From contig JASGHG010000001.1 in NCBI GenBank assembly GCA_047602425.1, positions 4,928,001 through 4,992,000 of the forward strand: 64,000 nucleotides of DNA, in the 5' to 3' direction. Under the pieces are notes generated by a model. The model did not search any database. It was not told where the DNA came from and was given only the letters and a program-made list of their open reading frames with translations. A program made the position numbers and the translations under genes. The stretch is from Nibricoccus sp. Lineage in GTDB: Bacteria; Verrucomicrobiota; Verrucomicrobiia; Opitutales; Opitutaceae. Position 1 is the stretch's first letter; the number at the start of each line of letters is the position of its first letter. Shown piece after piece: positions 59,003 to 64,000 of this stretch.

Positions 59003-60742
59003 ATGAAATTACGTCAAAGCAGTTCTTATTTCATCGCAGCTCTCGCCGCTCTGCTCGTTTCCGGCCCGGTTCTTTTTGCGCAGGGTTATCCCAAAGTGGA
59101 TCCCGCGATACAACGTGAAGCCAATGAACGAAAAGACGCGGCTGATCGTCGTTCCGACGAGCTCTTCGCAAAGGCGTTGCCTGAGATCGCGGCCGCCAAA
59201 GACAAACCGTACATCCCAAATGCGGGCCAGAAATCCTACGAGATTCTCGACACAGGCTCGGCGGAGGAAATCGAAGCATGGGTCAACCGCGACAAGAGCA
59301 ACCTCGCCGGCACGGTCCACGAAGAATTGCCGCAGGCCAAAATCCCCGCGTTCCCTGGTGCGGAAGGTGGCGGCAAATATTCTTTCGGCGGTCGCGGCGG
59401 AAAGATTCTCGTCGTCACGAACCTCAATGACGCCGGCCCGGGCAGTTTTCGCGAAGCCTGTGAAACGACAGGTCCGCGCATAATCGTTTTCAATGTTTCC
59501 GGTATTATTCGGTTGAAGGACCGCATTCGTGTCCGCGCGCCCTATATCACCATTGCGGGCAATACCGCACCTGGCGATGGCGTTTGCATCGCGGGCAATA
59601 CCGTCGAACTCGAAACCCACGACATCGTCATTCGCTACATGCGTTTTCGCCGTGGTGCGCTCGACGCCGCCGACCGCAACGACTCCTTTGGAGGAAATCC
59701 CGTTGGCAATCTGATCATTGACCATGTCTCCGCCTCTTGGGGCCTCGACGAAAACATGTCGATGTACCGCCACATGTACAAACCCGGCAATGGCGGCAAA
59801 GAGCTCAAGCTTCCCACGGTCAACATCACGATTCAAAACTCCATTTTCTCCGAGGCGCTCAACACTTATCACCACGCGTTTGGTTCGACCATCGGGGGCA
59901 TGAACAGCACCTTCCACCACAATCTCTGGGCCTGCAACACCGGCCGCAATCCCAGCGTCGGCATGTACGGCGACTTCACTTTCGCCAACAATGTTCTCTT
60001 CAACTATCGCCATCGCACCATCGACGGCGGAGACCACCGCAGTTTCTACAACATTATCAACAACTACTTCAAACCGGGTCCCGGCACGCCCGACGAAGCC
60101 GTCGCCCATCGCCTCCTCAAGCCCGAGAGCGAGCGTAGCAAGACCGCTGTCGACCACTTCGGCAAAGCCTACGTGAATGGCAACATTGTCGAAGGGAACG
60201 AACAAGTCACCAAGGACAATTGGAACGGCGGCGTCCAGCCCGGCTCCCACGCCCCTGTCGCGCAGGTTTTGCCAAAAATTCGCGTAAACGAACCCTTCAA
60301 ACACGCTCCCATCACCATCGAGCCCGCCCGTGACGCTTACGAACATGTTCTGGCCAATGTCGGCGCCACGCTTCCGAAACGTGACGCCGTGGACCAACGC
60401 GTTGTTGAGATGGTCCGTACCGGCAAAGTCACCGCGACCAAGATCAATCCCGAGTCCAAGCAGCGCGCCGCTGCCGTCAACTACGCCCAAAAATGGATTG
60501 ATGAACTCGAGGAACTTGTGACCAAGGGCTTCATCACCGATCCATCGGAGGTTGGCGGTTATCCAAAGTACGAAGGCACTCCCTACAAGGATTCCGATGG
60601 CGACGGCCTGCCTGACGATTGGGAAACTAAATTTGGTCTGGATCCAAAAAACCCTGCCGACGCGTCAGCCGATCTGAACGCCGACGGCTACACCAACATC
60701 GAGGAATTCATCAACGGCCGCGACCCTCGCGCAAAAAACTAA
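59003..60742 (+). CDS. Secreted PL1-type pectate lyase
   Basis: Signal peptide; AFPGAEGGG, GGRGG, VTNLND.G.GSFR, IDHVSASWGLDE, RNP; C-terminal DSDGDGLPD.WE and DLNADGYTNIE motifs. Confidence 0.9.
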   Translation: MKLRQSSSYFIAALAALLVSGPVLFAQGYPKVDPAIQREANERKDAADRRSDELFAKALPEIAAAKDKPYIPNAGQKSYEILDTGSAEEIEAWVNRDKSNLAGTVHEELPQAKIPAFPGAEGGGKYSFGGRGGKILVVTNLNDAGPGSFREACETTGPRIIVFNVSGIIRLKDRIRVRAPYITIAGNTAPGDGVCIAGNTVELETHDIVIRYMRFRRGALDAADRNDSFGGNPVGNLIIDHVSASWGLDENMSMYRHMYKPGNGGKELKLPTVNITIQNSIFSEALNTYHHAFGSTIGGMNSTFHHNLWACNTGRNPSVGMYGDFTFANNVLFNYRHRTIDGGDHRSFYNIINNYFKPGPGTPDEAVAHRLLKPESERSKTAVDHFGKAYVNGNIVEGNEQVTKDNWNGGVQPGSHAPVAQVLPKIRVNEPFKHAPITIEPARDAYEHVLANVGATLPKRDAVDQRVVEMVRTGKVTATKINPESKQRAAAVNYAQKWIDELEELVTKGFITDPSEVGGYPKYEGTPYKDSDGDGLPDDWETKFGLDPKNPADASADLNADGYTNIEEFINGRDPRAKN

Positions 60743-60770
60743 GCGCACTCGCATCAGCACAATTTTTCCG

Positions 60771-60797
60771 GGCCTGACGTTCGCGTCAGGCCTTTTT
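60771..60797 (+). terminator. Intrinsic terminator of the pectate lyase gene, overlapping the stop of the convergent ATPase
   Basis: GGCCTGACG-TTCG-CGTCAGGCC-TTTTT. Confidence 0.8.
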
Positions 60798-63227
60798 CGT
60801 TTTCGCCCCGCGCATCCCCTGTCCCACGATCGCAATCGAGAGCAGCGAACTCAATGGCATCAAAATCGCGGCGATTAAAGGATTCATCCTGTCCGCCACG
60901 GCCAGTCCCACGGCGAAAAGATTATAACCAATTGAAAACACCAAAAGCCAGCGATGGGTGCGACGTCTCGCGTCGTTTACCTCGAAAAGAGCGCGAATCC
61001 CTGCGATGCCCCGGCCTAGATAATAGAAATCCGCCTTCTGGGCCAGCAGGCCGCGATGAATCACCGGCGTGCCCCGGCAAAGCGCCTCGTCGAAGGCAAG
61101 ACTGTCGTTCGCTCCGTCGCCCAACATGAGGGTTTCCGGCGCACCATGGCGCGCCAGCCAGTCCGCCTTGTCGTGGGGAGACAATTCGGCCCGGCCCTGT
61201 TCCGAGGCTAGCCCGAGTTCGGCCATCAACGTATCCACTTTTTCCCGACGATCGCCGCTTAAAATCAAAACCTCCAAACCGCGCATCCGGAGCGCCGCGA
61301 CCTCCGCTCGTGCGTCGGGCCTTGCCCGCTCAGCGAAATCGAAACTGGCGCACAAAACCCCATCGCGACACAACTCTGCGCCCGTTCCAGATGAAGCTGT
61401 TTCGCCTTGGTTAATCGATACTTCGGACCCTTTGCCACGTAATGCGTGACAATCTTTTGCCCCGCGCCATCCCGGTCGTCCGAGCGACCAAACGTGACCA
61501 CCGGCCTGGAGTGACACGCCGAATCCAACTTCCTCGACGACGTCTCCTTGCAACGGCACCGAACCACCTTCGGCAAGCAACAGCTCATGCAAACAGCGGC
61601 CCACGGGATGCAAATTGTCTTGAACGAGCGCGAACAAAGCGGCGCGCGCGTCGTCGTCCAATTTCTGGAGCGACACAGGATCGATAAGTTCGGGGGTTTC
61701 CAACGTCAGTGTGCCCGTTTTGTCGAAGATAAGTTTGCGGACTTGCTGCAGGCGCGGCCAAAGATCGGCCTGCCGTACAAACACGCCGCGTTTTCGCAGC
61801 AACGCCGTCGCGATTTCGTCGGCCAGCGGAAATGCCAGCCCAATGGCACAGGGACAGGAAACGACGAGGATCGCCGTCACAATCGCACCGGTGCGCCTCG
61901 CATTATGGGTCACCAGTCCCCAACCTATCGCCGAACCTATCGCTATAACCATTACAGCAATCAGATAGCCACGAATCACGTTTTCCAGAAGCCGCTGGCG
62001 ATATGCCCCCCGCGCCACCGGCTTAAAAAGTTCCGCGAGTAAAGATTGCCCCCACGCCTGCGTAGCGACGAGGCGGATTTCATTTTGCGAAACGTTGGTC
62101 GCTCCCGCCGGCACCCGCTGTCCGGCGCGAAATACGCGAGGCGCCGACTCGCCATTGATCCAGGCGAGGCTGAGCGTCACTTCGGCCGTTTCCAATTTCG
62201 CCTCCACCGGAACGGTCTGTCCCGCTCCTACTGCAAATCGCTGGCCAGCCTGCAATGACTCGGGCGGAATGTCTTTTTCGGCTCCGGCGGCGTCCCAAAT
62301 CCGCACGCGTGGCGGCGTAGGTTGCTGCGCGAGCAAGCGGCGTTGATTGCGCTCCACGGCGGCCTGTTGCGCCCAGCGCCCAACCAGCATCAGCAACACA
62401 AACGTTGCGACGAAATCGAAATACATGAACGGCTCCGCATTGACCAACCAGCCGTAGAGAGAACCTGAATACGCGCCCACAATGCCGAGGGCGATGGGCA
62501 GATCGATGTTCATCGCGCCTTCGCGAAGGCTTCGCAGCGCACGGCCGATAAAATACCCGCCGCCCGCGAGCAGGCTGAGCGTGGCAAAACCCATCGAAAG
62601 CGTGCTGAACAACCGCGCGTATTGGTACGACGGCTCCATCCCAAAATAGACTGGCAGCGTGAACAGCATCACGTTCATCGCGAAGGCCGCGCAAAGTCCG
62701 ATACGTCGCAGCATCGCCCGGCTTTCCGGAGGCGCCGAGCGCTCGGCCGATGCTGGAGATACGAGATAGTTAAAGCTTTGCAGAGTCCGTGCAAAGGCGG
62801 GCGCGTCAAACTTGCCTGCCGCCCACGCCAGGCGCAGTTGTCCGGTCTGCGCGTTCACCTCGATCAGACCCGCGCCGGGTTGCTTGCGATGGAGTTTCTC
62901 GATCAGCCAGACACAACCCGCGCACGAAATCCCCTGCACATCGAGTCGAAGTTCGGCGGTTTTGTCTCCTGCACGCTGTTCGGCTTCGCTTTGCGCTTCC
63001 TTCAACCAGGCATAGTCGCGCGCCGGCATCAGCGCGGAATCCGCGGGCGCCGTGACTTCATCCTTGATGCGATAATACGATTCCAAGCCCGCCTCATGGA
63101 TCATTCGATAGACGTAGGCACAACCCGAGCAGCAGAACTCACCGTCCGGCGAGGGCACGCCACAGTGTTTGCAAACGGGCGCAGCCTGCTTCCTCGACGC
63201 TCGTGGTGTCTCGACAGGCGGATTCAT
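60786..63227 (-). CDS. ccoI: P1B-type heavy-metal (Cu) ATPase, CcoI/FixI-like
   Basis: N-terminal CKHC...FCCSGC, CAGC HMA domain, CPC, DKTGT, HP, GDGAND, YN, MPLSS. Confidence 0.85.
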   Translation of the reverse strand: MNPPVETPRASRKQAAPVCKHCGVPSPDGEFCCSGCAYVYRMIHEAGLESYYRIKDEVTAPADSALMPARDYAWLKEAQSEAEQRAGDKTAELRLDVQGISCAGCVWLIEKLHRKQPGAGLIEVNAQTGQLRLAWAAGKFDAPAFARTLQSFNYLVSPASAERSAPPESRAMLRRIGLCAAFAMNVMLFTLPVYFGMEPSYQYARLFSTLSMGFATLSLLAGGGYFIGRALRSLREGAMNIDLPIALGIVGAYSGSLYGWLVNAEPFMYFDFVATFVLLMLVGRWAQQAAVERNQRRLLAQQPTPPRVRIWDAAGAEKDIPPESLQAGQRFAVGAGQTVPVEAKLETAEVTLSLAWINGESAPRVFRAGQRVPAGATNVSQNEIRLVATQAWGQSLLAELFKPVARGAYRQRLLENVIRGYLIAVMVIAIGSAIGWGLVTHNARRTGAIVTAILVVSCPCAIGLAFPLADEIATALLRKRGVFVRQADLWPRLQQVRKLIFDKTGTLTLETPELIDPVSLQKLDDDARAALFALVQDNLHPVGRCLHELLLAEGGSVPLQGDVVEEVGFGVSLQAGGHVWSLGRPGWRGAKDCHALRGKGSEVSINQGETASSGTGAELCRDGVLCASFDFAERARPDARAEVAALRMRGLEVLILSGDRREKVDTLMAELGLASEQGRAELSPHDKADWLARHGAPETLMLGDGANDSLAFDEALCRGTPVIHRGLLAQKADFYYLGRGIAGIRALFEVNDARRRTHRWLLVFSIGYNLFAVGLAVADRMNPLIAAILMPLSSLLSIAIVGQGMRGAKTKKA
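61432..61452. repeat. Intragenic copy of the 21-bp palindrome
   Basis: TTGCCAC-GTAATGC-GTGACAA; read on the minus strand in frame as (D)CHALRGK. Confidence 0.6.
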
Positions 63228-63228
63228 G

Positions 63229-63924
63229 TCAGTGGCAGCACGACTGCGCGCTTTCGGTTACACCATCGAAACCGATTGTGCCACGCAAGCGCCAGCTAAT
63301 GACTAATGCCGCCGCGACCGCCAGGGTGATTTGCAGTCGTGCGATCCACGTGGGCGAAAGACGCAAACGCAACCAGCCAAAATTGGCCTGCACCGCCCAG
63401 AGCAAAGGCAACGTGCCCAGCCCGAAAGCCAGCATAAACTCCACGCCGCGCAAAGCCGAACCTGACAATGCCGCCAACGCCGCCACGAAATATAGTGGAC
63501 CGCAGGGCATGAGCGGTGTGGCCGTGCCGAGGACCGCCGCCGTGGAAAGCCGCGAACGTCCGCGGAGCCATTGCTGAATCTTGAGCCAGACCCCGGCGAG
63601 TTTGCCGGATTGCGGAAGTTTTTTATCCCAACGCAGTGCCACCGCGACGAAGAAAAGCACCAGCGCCCAGGGCGCGTAACGCAGCGTCCCCTCGCCCAAC
63701 AAGGCCAACGGCCCCTGCCCAACTGCGCCCGCGATTGCGCCGAGCAAACCGTACGCGGCCAGGCGTGTGCCGTGATAAACGGAATACACCGTCGCAGCGT
63801 CCTCGCCCGCTTTCGTCGGAGTCAGCCAGCACGCGAGCGGCCCGCACATACCGGCGCAATGCAGACTTGTCACAAGTCCTGCCACGAAGGCCGCGGTCGG
63901 TGAATCCACACTCGCAAAATCCAT
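63229..63924 (-). CDS. DsbD_2/TauE-like membrane protein of cbb3-oxidase maturation clusters
   Basis: GLVTSLHCAGMCGP, YH..RL..Y, LMPCGPLY, MLAFGLGTLP. Confidence 0.88.
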   Translation of the reverse strand: MDFASVDSPTAAFVAGLVTSLHCAGMCGPLACWLTPTKAGEDAATVYSVYHGTRLAAYGLLGAIAGAVGQGPLALLGEGTLRYAPWALVLFFVAVALRWDKKLPQSGKLAGVWLKIQQWLRGRSRLSTAAVLGTATPLMPCGPLYFVAALAALSGSALRGVEFMLAFGLGTLPLLWAVQANFGWLRLRLSPTWIARLQITLAVAAALVISWRLRGTIGFDGVTESAQSCCH

Positions 63925-63927
63925 GGT

Positions 63928-64000
63928 TCAACGTCCTCGTTTTGGCTGGGTTTGCAACGGCACTTCTTCAGCCGGATGCTTCGCCGCGATCACAAAAAAC
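63928..64000 (-). CDS. 3' end of an upstream gene of the same operon (partial)
   Basis: Open frame ...FFVIAAKHPAEEVPLQTQPKRGR* stops 3 bp before the next ATG. Confidence 0.45.
   Translation of the reverse strand, partial: FFVIAAKHPAEEVPLQTQPKRGR

Noticed and set aside
63865..63879. GACTTGT-C-ACAAGTC palindrome as another copy of the 21-bp repeat
   Set aside because: Wrong spacer length, and it encodes the conserved GLVTS motif of the protein.

Overview
GC-rich bacterial chromosome segment. Gene content and style (Opitutaceae-type LacI regulator, DUF5069 protein, many secreted CAZymes) suggest a Verrucomicrobiota/Opitutaceae genome; this is an inference. The window holds about 48 protein genes and one tRNA-His. 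Housekeeping genes include the 3' part of glnD, an Asp-type aminotransferase, secG, parB, rsmI, glgA, rnr and dut. Plant-glycan genes form a GH2/GH31/GH27 trio, a pectin/xylose block right after tRNA-His (GH43, CE8, esterase, esterase-GH95 fusion, ExuT-like MFS, LacI, xylR-xylB-xylA, a ~1,280-aa LamG protein) and a separate PL1 lyase. There are two-component genes with degP and the distal end of a cbb3-oxidase maturation cluster. No integrase, transposase, CRISPR array or rRNA was seen. The most notable observations are: (1) a tandem, non-canonical GTP cyclohydrolase II gene followed by a TPM-like gene and a stand-alone double-SIS protein, a possible uncharacterised GTP-derived pathway; (2) a dispersed 21-bp palindrome, TTGTCAY-N7-RTGACAA, found as ~80-bp-spaced pairs at two intergenic loci and once in frame inside the P-type ATPase gene; (3) several unusual CAZyme architectures. 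All calls come from motif recognition by eye; no database searches were run.
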